The notes below the pieces were generated by a model. It had not been told where the DNA came from and searched no databases. It saw only the letters and a list, made by a program, of their open reading frames with translations. A stretch of 64,000 nt of DNA. Origin: Vicugna vicugna (taxonomy: Eukaryota). Below are positions 50,108-61,230 of this stretch, piece by piece; the first letter of the stretch is position 1; the number at the start of each line of letters is the position of its first letter. Where the stretch lies: contig MU058198.1 of the NCBI GenBank assembly GCA_013265495.1, forward strand, positions 3,608,419 to 3,672,418, written 5' to 3'. The position numbers and the translations under genes are program-made.

Positions 50108-50727
50108 TCTCTTTATTCCTCACTACACTCCATGAGGTCGGTACTGTCGTTATCAGTCTTATTTTACAGATAAGGAAACTGAGGCTCTCAGAGGGCAAGG
50201 GACCTGCCCAGGGTCCAGGGACCAGTGAGTGATAGAGCCAGGATTCACACCCAGGCAGTCTGGCCCAGGGCTATGTTCTTACCCAGCCCCCTACCCCCTT
50301 CCTGATTTCAACCCTGTTCACCTGGAAAATCTAACTGAAGCAGACAACCCTTTTCTCCCAGAACCGCCTGCCCAGATTTGCATCCCCAGAGGCTGCCTGA
50401 CCCCATGGCCTTGGCTCCACAGGGCCCCGATACACGTAGACATCTGCCCCCAACTGGACCAGTCAAATTCCCCTTTCTAGGAATTTAGAATTTGGATTCA
50501 GAGCTGCTGCTTTTAGTCTGGGCTGGTCACATGGTTTTTGAAAACTGTTTATCGTATATGAAAAGTGTCCATCTTGACGAATTCTCACATGGCGAATATG
50601 TCTCTGTAACCAGAAGCCCAGAAGCCCTCCTGTGCTTCCTTGTAATCACTACACATTCAGCTCCTTCCATCAAGGTAACCACTACCCAGATCAACAGCTC
50701 CTTGCTTGCTGTTTTTTCATTGAACTG

Positions 50728-51635
50728 TTTATTTTTATTTTATTCTTTTTTTTTTTGGTGGAAAGAGTACTTAACATGAGATCTACCTTCTTCATACACT
50801 TTTAAGTGTATAATACAGTACTGTTGTGTAGACACAATGTCATACAGATCTCTAGAGCTCATTCATCTGCTTAAATGAAACTGTATGCCCATTGATTTGT
50901 AACTCCCCACTTATCCCTCTCTCCAGCTTCCAGCACCCACCATTCCACTCTTTGCTTCTGTGAATTTGACTATTTTAGATCCCTTGTATGAATGGAATCA
51001 TGCAGCATTTGTCTTTCTGTGTCTGGTTTATTTCACTTGACATAATGTCCTCAGAGTTCATCCACACTGTCCGCTGCAAAATGCCCTTCTTTTTAAAGCC
51101 TAAACAGTATTCCATTGTATGTAGAGGCCACATTGTCTTTATCCATTCATCTGTCAGTAGACATTTAGATCGTTTCCTTACCGTTGTGAATAATGCCGAA
51201 GTGAACATACAAGTGCTAAAATCTCTGTAAGATCCTGATTTTCAGTTATTTTGGATAAATACCCAAGATTCTGGATAAATACTGAAATTTGATTATGCTG
51301 GATAAATACCCAATTATTTTGGATCAATATGGAAGCAGGGTAGTTGGATCATAAAGTTAGTTCTATTTTTTATTTTTTGAGGAACCTCCAAATGGGCTGA
51401 AGGACTTGAATAGGCATTTCGTTAAAGAAGCCATACAAGGGGCCAACAGGTATATGAAGAGACGCTCAGTGCTCATCAGAAAATGCAGATCAAACCCACA
51501 GTGAGACCTCACACCTGTCAGGCTGGCTATTATCAAAACAGACTCCAAAGACAACAAATGTTGGTGAGGACGTGGATCAGTGGGAACCCTTGCTCACTCT
51601 TTGTGGGAATGCAGCCTGGTGCAGCCACTTTAGAA
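50728..51635 (-). mobile_element. L1MA-like element with 5' inversion (minus-strand 3' part about 50728-51390; inverted plus-strand part about 51391-51635), inside an older L1ME
   Basis: acttaacatgagatctacc 3' end; orientation switch at ...gaggaacctcca|aatgggctgaaggacttgaatagg...ggtgcagccactttagaa. Confidence 0.85.
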
Positions 51636-52744
51636 GAGTGCCTGCTTTTGAACTCCATGCAAATGAAATTATACAGGAGATCCTCTCGTGTTTGACTGCT
51701 TTCCTGGATATTCTGTTTGTGGCCACGTGACTTTGAAAGAATGCATGATGTCCACTGATCAGGATGTCCAACTTCAAAGGCAGCTGCGGCCAGGCTGGGA
51801 AGTAAATGAGTCAAGTGTGTGATCGCAGGGACTGTCCTTCTTGTGGCTATGTGCCTTATCTGATGGGGGCAGTCATTATTCAGCTCCATTAAAAAAAAAA
51901 AATTCCTGATCTTTAAAGGACCCAGGTCAAGATTTCCCAATTTTTCAAGTGAAGTCTGAATCTCCCAAATTAAATGCTGACAGATCATTCGAGAATTACA
52001 TGTGTGGTATATTTAAAACATTTTTGGACTGAGTTTATTCTGTGGACCACCAGTTAATAACCTCTATAGGTAGGTAGGACCTGTCAATGGAAGGTCCTCT
52101 CCCCTCAACGTCTCAGTGAAGGGAGAAGGGAAAATGTAGATTCTGTCAAATCATTCTTCTTTGGGGCATATGGAGGGGACAACAGTCCAAAGCAAGAGCT
52201 TTGTGCAGGGGACCCTTCTCCTTGGCCGTTTGGCTGGGACACACACGCTCTCTGACCCTGACACAACCTTGGTTAGGTAGGCAGCTGCTGCAACGCCCCC
52301 TGCTGTGCTTAGCGTTCTGTGTCCTGTGGGGCCTGCAAAGGGGTCTGGCAGTCAGTTGCTTCTCTTCAAGTCCTCAGAGAGGGGATCATTCATCATTCCA
52401 TATGTTTATCAAGTGCCCGCTGCTGCCAGCGAATGCACAAGACCTGCAAGGACTCAACTTGGCTTCCTGTGTCTGCTCGGTTACCCCTCCACCCCCATCA
52501 GACCTTGCCATTCTTAATTCTTTTAAATTTGGAGAACCAGGCCACGCTGCCCTCCCCTCAATTCAAGTCTCACCTTTTCTGTATATTGAAAAACACTTAA
52601 AGAGCTTTTGGCCTTTACTTGGCACCTTTCCCTGATTTTCTGGGCTGAAATAGATTCTCCTATTTTTAAACAGTTCCTTCTGGTATTTTCAGTGGTAGTC
52701 TGGAGGTGCGGGCAGAATGAAATGTTCAGGCTTGGGTCCTATTT

Positions 52745-52975
52745 GTTGATTAAGGCTATGGACTCTGGAGTCTGCCCGCCTGGGTTCAGATCTTGGCTCT
52801 GCTCTTTATAAGCTGTGTGACTTTGTAAAAGTCATTTAACCTCTCTGTGCCCCAGTTTCTTCATTTTCAGGATGAGGATGAGAATATGCCTACTTTGTAG
52901 GGATGTTGTATTAAATAAGTTAGTTTATATGCAAAGGGCTTGAAACGGTGCCTTGCATGTCATATAAGTGTTTGC
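52745..52975 (+). mobile_element. MIR SINE
   Basis: ggactctggagtc...ctgggttcagatcttggctctgc...tttaacctctctgtgccccagtttct. Confidence 0.85.
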
Positions 52976-53041
52976 TTGACTCAGAATCTTTCACCTGTCT
53001 TTGCCTTCAAACTCATCCTTTAGGTCTTGGCTCTGCTACTT

Positions 53042-53766
53042 TTTTAAAAAATATATTTTTATTGGAGTATAGTCAGCTTACAATGTTGTGTCCATTTCTG
53101 ATGTACAGCACAGTGCTTCAGTCATCAGTCATATATGAGCATACATATATTTGTTTTCATATTCTTTTTCACCATAAGTTACTAGAAGATGTTGAATATA
53201 GTTCCCTGTGCTCTACAGTATAAACTTGTTGTTTATCTATTTTATATATGTTAGTATGTGCAAATCTTGAACTCCCAGTTAATCCCTTCCCATCCCCTCC
53301 CCTCCAGTAACCATGTTTGTTTTCTATGTCTATGAGTCTGTTTCTATTTTGTAAATAAGTTCATTTGTCTTTTTTTTAAGATTTCACCTATGAGTGATAG
53401 CATATGGTATTTTTCTTCCTCTTTCTGGCTTACTTCACTTAGAATGACATTCTCCAGGTCCATCCATGTTGCTGCAAATGACATTATTTTATTATTTTTT
53501 ATGGCTGAATAGTATTCCATTGTATAAATATACCACAGCTTCTTTATCCAGTCATCTGTCGATGGGCATTTAGGTTGTTTCCATGTCTTGGCTATTGTAA
53601 ATAGTGCTGCTATAAACATTGGGGTGCATGGATCTTTTTGGATTAAGGTCCCCTCTGGATATATGCCCAGGAGTAGGATTGCTGGATCATATGGTAAGTC
53701 TATTTTCAGTCTTTGAGGAATCTCCATATTGTTTTCCATAATGTCTGCACCAAACTACATTCCCAC
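53042..53766 (-). mobile_element. Young 5'-truncated L1 with uninterrupted ORF2 C-terminal reading frame
   Basis: ORF 53344-53739 ([15 protein letters not shown]...[31 protein letters not shown]); TSD tggctctgct(a/c)ctt at 53028-53041 and 53767-53780. Confidence 0.95.
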
Positions 53767-53967
53767 TGGCTCTGCTCCTTAATTCTGCATCTCAGCCCTT
53801 CCTTGGGCAACTGTGTCTCTTTGAGCCTCTTTACCCCTTAACTGTGAATCTCCAAAATTCACCTGAGCACTGATCAATTCTTTGGGCCTTCTTCTGTGTT
53901 CCCAGACTTTCCCTACCCTCATATTCTCTCCACTGCCAACTGCTTTTGTTAATAATGATAACATTTA

Positions 53968-54373
53968 CAAGCATATCGTGGAGACACGGCGGGTTGGGTT
54001 CCAGACCACAGCAATTATCAAATATTACACACACTTTTTGATTTCCCACTGAATATAAAAGTTATGTTTGCACTTGACTGTAGTTTGCTAAGGAGGCAAT
54101 AGCATTATGTCTAAAAAGGGCATGTACATCCCTTCGTTTAAAAATACTTTACTGCGGAAAAATGCTACCTATCATGTGAACCTTCAATGAGTCACAATCT
54201 TTTTGCTGGTGGAGGATTTGAAAGATTGCGGGAATTACCAAATGTGACACAGAGACAGGAAGTGAGAAGATGTTGAAAAAATGGCACTGGTAGACTTACT
54301 GGATGCAGGGTTGCCACAAACCTTGAATTTCTAAGAAGCTCAGTCTCTTCAAAGTGCAAACGACGTGTGCCTG
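53968..54373 (-). mobile_element. Tigger1 internal-deletion derivative (Tigger1a-like MITE) inserted in a MIR
   Basis: TA|caagcatatc ... gtgtgcctg ends; gcgggttgggttccagaccac and tgcagggttgccacaaacctt match the two Tigger1 termini. Confidence 0.8.
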
Positions 54374-54555
54374 TGCTAGCGCCTCTCAGATGCCAGGTTC
54401 TAAGTGCTCTGCGGACACTGATTCATTGAGTCCTCACCCCATGAGAAAGATGCTCCTTTTACACCCATTTTACACCCATTTTATAGAGGAGAAAACAGGC
54501 AAAGAAGTCATCTGACTTGTCAGGTCACATGATGAGTAAGCAGATTTGAACTAGG

Positions 54556-54640
54556 GGTTTGTATCATTATTATTATTTTTGTTGGGGGGAGGTAATTATG
54601 TTTTATTATTTATTTTTAGTGGAGGTGCTGGGGAATGAAC
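54556..54640 (-). mobile_element. 5'-truncated Vic-1-type SINE
   Basis: ggggggaggtaatta...tggaggtgctggggaatgaac; TSD tgaactagg at 54547-54555 and 54641-54649. Confidence 0.8.
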
Positions 54641-55228
54641 TGAACTAGGATTTGAACTTGGCCTTTCCCTACCACAATATTCTGCCACCCACTTCTCCCC
54701 GAGCCCACAGACCCTGGACCAGTAGCCTCTTGTCCTGGTTCCCTCGTTCCTCTCTGTCTCATCAGCCTGTCATTTCCCTCTTGCTGTGGAGTCATCTTTC
54801 CAAAACCAGATGTGATCTTGTCATTGTCCTTGAGGAAAACACGGCAGTGGCTTCCCGCTGTTTTTGAGACAATGTTGATTCTCTGATGTAGCTGATAAGC
54901 AGGGCCACCCTGCACCCTCCTCTGTCAACCCACAAACAGACCCGGTTATTCTGCTGCTCTGTAGCCCCGAAGGACTCGTGCCCCCTGCCATTCCTGCTAT
55001 TCTCGCGAGAGTCCCCTTTGGAAGATAAGTGATCTGGTCGCCCTACTCATGAGGCCCCGCATGCTATGGCCCCATTCGTCCCTCCAGCCTCTTCCTGACC
55101 CCTCCCTGCTCACCCCCTGAGCTTCCTTCTTTCAGTCTCTTGTCCTCCCCAGAAGCTCTGCCACCACTGGGCATTTGCACTTGCTCTTCCTTCTGCCAGC
55201 TACTCCTGTCTCTTTTGCCCCTTGAGTT

Positions 55229-55385
55229 CAGTGAGTCTCAGTCTGGGTTGCTTATCTAAATCATTTGTGGAGCTTTATATTAGAATCCTGGTGCCCGGGC
55301 CCATGGCAGACAAATGAAGTCAGATCTCTGTTGATTTAAAGGCTCCCAGCTGAGTTTACTGTGCATCGAGATTTAAGAACCCTGG
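55229..55385. mobile_element. MER5A-like hAT relic
   Basis: cagtgagtctcag...aatcatttgtggagcttt...ctcccagctgag...ttaagaaccctg. Confidence 0.6.
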
Positions 55386-56599
55386 TTGACTTACTCATCC
55401 TCTAGGCCACAGCTCACCTCCTCAGGGAAGCCCTCCCTGATGTCCCTGACCAGGTCAAAGCCCCACATACCTCTTCTTGCTGTCACACATCACAGGGGTC
55501 ACTTGACATTTATTTACATGGTGCCAAAGAGCCTAGATTCTAGGTCCAAGTTACTAGCTAAGTGACCTTGACCAGGTTGCTTAACTCCTCTGTGCCTTGG
55601 TTTTCTCCCCTATAGAATGAGGATAATAAATCTATTGCATGTAGTCAGTGAAGGTCAAATGAGTGAACTCTGTGTAAAGCTCTTAGAACAGTGCCTGTAT
55701 ATATTATTAGCCTGCATTGGAATCTGGAAGTCCCTGAAGGTCATGGGGTCAGGGTCCCCACCTTGGATGGAGCATGGCACACAAGTGCTCTTCTGTTTGT
55801 TTGCTGAGCGGAGTGGTGCCCCAGGGATGTTCCTGGTGACGGGGTGACAGGTCAGCATGCACAGGACTTGTCTTCCTCAGTCAGGGTCCTTGTCTCTGTG
55901 GACCTAATGGTTTAGGATCCTTGTTTCGAGTGCTCAGAGTTAGGGTCATTAGGATTGGAACCTGTGTGGGCTTGTGGTGTCCAGGGTCCCAGGTGCTGCT
56001 GGCGGCCTGGCCGGCACTCCCTTCAGCAGTGCCCTGCATGTCCTTGTACATCAGGGCGCTCTCTGCTTTTCTGAGAGGCAGGCTTGGGTGTGCCGAGGGC
56101 TTCTGTGGCAGAGGGAGCTGTCAGGAAGCTGGACACGGTGCTCTGTGTCCAGAAATCAAGCTGACAGCGTCTCTGCAAGTTGAGTCACCCCCGTGACCTG
56201 GTCCTGCGTTTGGGCGACTCACACACAGCAGGAAGAGAGGGGTGCTCCTCCCTCTGTTGGCTGATGGCCCTGTTGGGGGAGGAGGGGTGGCGAGGGGAGA
56301 GGATGGGTGTGCATGTTTTGTGGCTGATGGAGGATTTATTTATAACGCAAGGGTGTCATCTGTTGCAGTGTGTCTGCTCCCTGAAAAGCTACGGTACACT
56401 CTGAGCAGTGATTTCTCAGGGTGGCGTCCACAGGAAGAGGCAGGGCAGTGCCCAGTGAGCAGCTTAGGGGGATGACAGAAGGTGTCAGAACTCAAAGGGC
56501 CCCTGGGGAATACCCAGCTTAACCCTTTTGTTTTCTGAAGGGGGAACTGAGATCAGAGCATGGAGGTGACCTGCCCAAGGACATTGATGGAGGTTTTAT

Positions 56600-57090
56600 T
56601 TTAAGCTAATATTAGTTAAGTGCATACTCCCTGCCAGTCACCGTGCTCAGCACGATGTAATCACAATTTCATGAACCCTCACAAACCTAGAAAGCAGAAG
56701 CACTTATTTAAGCATTCTATTCCACACACACTTACAGAGTGTTTGCTGAGTGCCAGGCACCGTGCTGAGATCTTTACAAAGATTAACTCGTTAAATTCGC
56801 ATAATCCTGTGAGGGTTTAGTGCTGTTATTACTGTTTCCACTTTAAAAATAAGGAGATGGAAACACAAAGAGGTTAGGAGAGCTGCCCAGCGTTGCACAG
56901 GAAGTTGTTGAGTTTGGGATTCAGCCTAAGCAACCCGGTCTTACAGTGCTGACTAACCTGCTGTAGCTTCTCCCCATTTTACAGGTGAGAAAATCAAGGC
57001 TCATATAGCTTCGGGAACTTGCTCAAGGCTGCATGGCTGCGAAGTAACAGAGCTGGCACTGAATTTGGACCATCTGCCTTTAGAGTCTGA
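56600..57090 (-). mobile_element. Cluster of MIR fragments
   Basis: gtgccaggcaccgtgct; aatcctgtgagg; ccccattttacaggtgagaaaatcaaggctca. Confidence 0.7.
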
Positions 57091-59556
57091 CTCGGGAGCT
57101 CTCTGCTCAGTTTCCCTCAGCAGGGCTGGGGTCCCACGGCTGAGGGGTTTGAGCCGAGGACCGAGAATGGGGGCCGAGGCAGAGCTTGGAGCCAGGCAGT
57201 GGGGTGGCGTCGGCTTGGTCTCCCTGGGTTGAAGCAGGATGCTATGCAGCTGAATATAGTTTTCCCCCGGGGGCACAGAGCCCCAGCCAGGTGCCCACGC
57301 GGTCCAGGGTACAGCCTTCATCCTTCGGATCTTAGGTCGAGCTTCACTTCCTCAGGGAAGCCTCCCAGACCTCTCTGACAGTGGAATCCCTCACTGCAAA
57401 CTCCAGGCACCGTGAGCTGTTCCTCCACAGCAGTCGGAAGTGTATGTTTTTTGTGCCTTTTTTTTACTGTCTCCTCCCAGCTAGGCTGGCAGCCCAAGAG
57501 GGCAGACCTCGTGTCTGATGTCGCTCTTCCAGCACCAGACGCACGCAAGGCATTCAACAAATATTTGCTGAATAAGCAGATTAAATCAATGAATTGCTGA
57601 TTGCCTTTGTGGAGGGAACTGGTGCCAGAAATCAAGGCTAAAGTTGAAGAGGTGGGGACATAAATGGGGTTTATTAGGAAAAGTTACAACTGGGAAGACA
57701 TGGGGATGCCCTATTACTAGTGATGTTAGCTGATATTTATTGAGTGGCTCCTTTGTGTTGGCAACTGTTAAAGGTTTTAAGTAATTCACTCCGTATAACA
57801 ATCCCAGGAAATAAATATCATTATTGTCCCTAATTTACAGACAAGGAAACAAGTGTGGAGAGTTTAAGCAGCATGGCCAAAAGACATAGCTAGTGAGTGG
57901 TGGAGCCACTTTGATCCAGGCAGCCCAACTTGGACACCCAACTAACCCTCTTCTTCATGATGAGCTGCGCCCTGTCCCGGGGTTGAGGGTCACCTGACCA
58001 GGTCCAGACGGCACCTGCTGGAAGAGATGTGGCTTCTCATCCCCTGCTAACTCAGGCACCAAATCAGAGCTGAACCTGCAGGTCCAATGCCTGATGCCTT
58101 GAAGTCACTTAGAGTTGGGGCTGCCTTGTCCACGCTGGCAGCCTTCCAGGAGGAGGAAGACAGGTTCTGCCTGCCTGGGGGTGGGTCTGCACGTTTTTCT
58201 GAGGCTCAGAGAAGGGACGCACTGCTGTTCCACGTGGTCTCCCTTGGTCATCCTCCCTCAGGCGGTTGGTTATTCTAACTGGAGTTGCGATCTGGCAGGA
58301 GTTACAACCTCGGGTGTCTGCAGGGACCAGCCAGTCGCAAGTGGGCTGGATGGGGACAATTAGGACTTGCAGAGTGTACCCACCACCCGAAGTGGGTGGC
58401 CAGGGTCAGCTCTAGCCCAGGGCTGACGTCAGGAGAGCTGGCTCAGTGTCACAGTTCCAAACTCATCAGTGTTCTGTATCAATCTGAGGGACACACCGTC
58501 CCCTGAAAGTCGGGGCTCCCCACTGCTTGTGAGTCTCACCCGGAGGCCTGGAAATAAATACTTCTCTGCAGGAGATTTGCATGTATGCCCTGGAGGATGG
58601 CATAACCAGGCTACAAACCGCTGGCTGAGCTAATGAATTGAGATCACTGGTTGAAATAACATACAAATCCTGGAAAGGAGAAGACTAGCTTAACTTGAGA
58701 CTGGCAACTAAGAAGAGTTTAGGGGGAAAAGAAACTTTTCTGGAAGCACATAAAGGAAGGTTCAAATTACATGTAAATTCCTTCTCCCTCTCTCTCCCGC
58801 TCCTTCTCTCTCTCTCATTCTCCTTCTTGCTCCCCTACCTACATCACCTCCACCCCCATCCCATAAGTGAGCATCAGCCCCCAACATGGCACAGTTCCTT
58901 GTTCTGAATTCTGATTGGCCCAGGTCTTCCTTCATCGGTTGCTTGTCACTGGTCAGACCTTGGTCCATTCGCACTGGCTGGAAGCATGAGGTCAGATGCT
59001 CTATGGCTCACTGAGCTGTTGCTGTAGATGGGAGTTTTTCTAGAAGGGACGATAAGTAGGATTGACAGAGATGGGCATTTCCAGTACAAGCTGGAAGAAT
59101 ACGTGGGTGAGAACAACCAAGAAAATGTTGAAAGCGGATGCTAATGTGGTGGTCAGGGTTGGGGGGAATACAGTGCGTGTTTTTAGGTACTAAGACGTTC
59201 TAAACCTATGATACATGAAAACAGTATGTGCTGAGGCAGGAATAGAGAGACCACTGGAGCAGAAGAGGAAACTGAAAAATGGACAAAGGATACAAGAGAA
59301 ATGAGGGCATGATAAAAGAGGCATTTCACATCAGCACGAGAAGATTCATTCCATACATTTGTGATGACAACTTGCTAAACATGAAGAAAAAATACAGGGC
59401 TTTCTTCAGGAAGCTCCTGTTAAAGTGAATTTCAAGGGAAATAATGATTTCAACGTAGAAAGTGAGACTGTAAGAGGATGAAGAAAATACTGGGAAGGAC
59501 TTTCTAAATATATCAACAAAGACCATAAAGGAAAAGGGAGAAACTGCACTTTATTT

Positions 59557-59558
<2 letters not shown>

Positions 59559-59594
<36 letters not shown>

Positions 59595-59600
59595 GCACAC
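59559..59600. repeat. (AC)17 microsatellite followed by GCGCACAC
   Basis: Perfect AC run 59559-59592. Confidence 0.95.
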
Positions 59601-59654
59601 TTGCAGTGTTATATATTGAAAGAAAAAAAATCATCAAAATTAAAATGCAGGCAT

Positions 59655-59808
59655 GGGGAGGGTATGGCTCAGTGGTAGAGTGGATGCCTAGCATGCACAA
59701 GGTCATGGGTTTGATCCTCATTACATCTGTCAAATAAAAAAATAACAATAAATAAACAAACAAACAAATAAATAAATCTAATTACCCCCCCCAAAAAGCA
59801 AAAACAAA
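59655..59808 (+). mobile_element. tRNA-Ala-derived SINE (Vic-1-type), sense to PRKCB, in old L1 sequence
   Basis: ggggagggtatggctcagtggtagagtggatgcctagcatgcacaaggtc...aaatctaattacccccc; TSD aaaattaaaatgca at 59636-59649 and 59809-59822. Confidence 0.92.
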
Positions 59809-60759
59809 AAAATTAAAATGCAAATGAAAAACTGGGAAAATGTAGACATCATAGTGGAGTGGTTAATAATCTTAATAATTATAAAGAAAACTTGTTACAA
59901 ATTATTTAGAAAGAAATGGACTTCAATTTAAACATGGATAAAAGATACGGACAGAAAATGAATGGTAACAGTGAACATTTTATTTATTTCCACCAGTGAC
60001 TTTGAGGCAGTTTTCCTACAATAACTCATGGAACTCTCCCATCAGCTTAGCAATTAGACATTATTATTAGCCCATTTTTAGATGAAGAAATGAAAAACTT
60101 AAAGGGTTAAATACTTTGCCCCAGAGTCCAAAAGCTCATAGCTGTGAGAGCTGGTCATTAAGTTTGAACGTGGCTATTAAGTAACCCTTAATGTTGACAC
60201 TGACTCTGCTGCAGACCATAACCCAGCAAATCATATTTAAAATCCTACCAAAGTGGACACAACAGAAGCTTGTACTTAAATGGAACAATTACTTATTTGC
60301 TCAGGGGGGCGGGAGTGTGCTAGCAGAGGACATGGTGTATCAGACCGTCCCCCAGGCCCACGAGCATTTACACAGTGTTACAGTTCTATGCACTCTATTC
60401 TCCAGGAACAAAATGAAAGATCTTCACCAAATTATAGTGTCCGCCTTATAACTGCAGCGTGTGTGTAATTACAGCTTCTAACATTCTACTCATTTCATGT
60501 TCACAAAAATCTCAGTCCACACAGTCCCAGTGAAGTCTTCCCTGCCTCTTTGTCTTGGGAATTTTTGGCATTCTCTTTGCAGTTTGGAGCATGGTGGTTC
60601 TGTTGTGTTACCTGGCATGGTGGTAGGTGCTGTGAGATTTTCAGGTACCCAGATTGACACTAAAATATTCTGCTTTCATCCAAACTCTACAAAGGTGTAT
60701 ATGGAGAAGTCGTACTCCCCATCCACTCTTTCTCCTCCTGCCTTTATAGAGAAACACTT

Positions 60760-61230
60760 TTATTAGCTTCCCTTCCTCTGTCTCCTTCTGGCATTTGTTT
60801 ATGCAGGTACGAGTAATTTAGAACAGTCTTTCTTACCCCGCCTCACTTTCTTGCCCAAAAGGTAGTATGCACCATATGCTCTTCTGCACCTTGGGTTTTT
60901 CTTTTTCTTTTTTGTTTTCACTTAAAAATATACTCTTAAGATTTTTCCATAGTGGTGCAGAGAACTCTTGGTCTTTATACCTGAGAAAGTAGTCCATTGT
61001 GTAGCTGCACTATGATTTATTTAAGCATCTCCCGACCTATGATACTTGGCTCATTTAAAATCTTTTGTTATTATAAATAATGCTGCAGTGAACAACCATG
61101 TACATATATTATTTCCCTTGTATGTGGGTTTAACTCCAGGATCAATTCCTGGAGTGGGACAGCTGGGTCAAAAGTGGAGAAGCGTTTGGAATTTTGATAG
61201 ACAGTGTCCAATTGTCCCCATGGGGTAAAA
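60760..61230 (-). mobile_element. Old L1ME-like 3' region
   Basis: ataaataatgctgcagtgaacaaccatgtaca...ttcctggagtgggacagctgggtcaaa...aattttgatagacag. Confidence 0.7.

Noticed and set aside
53344..53739. L1 ORF2-like ORFs as functional genes (also 11285-11738, 17842-18138)
   Set aside because: Only C-terminal fragments of 5'-truncated copies, with no promoter, endonuclease or RT domain.
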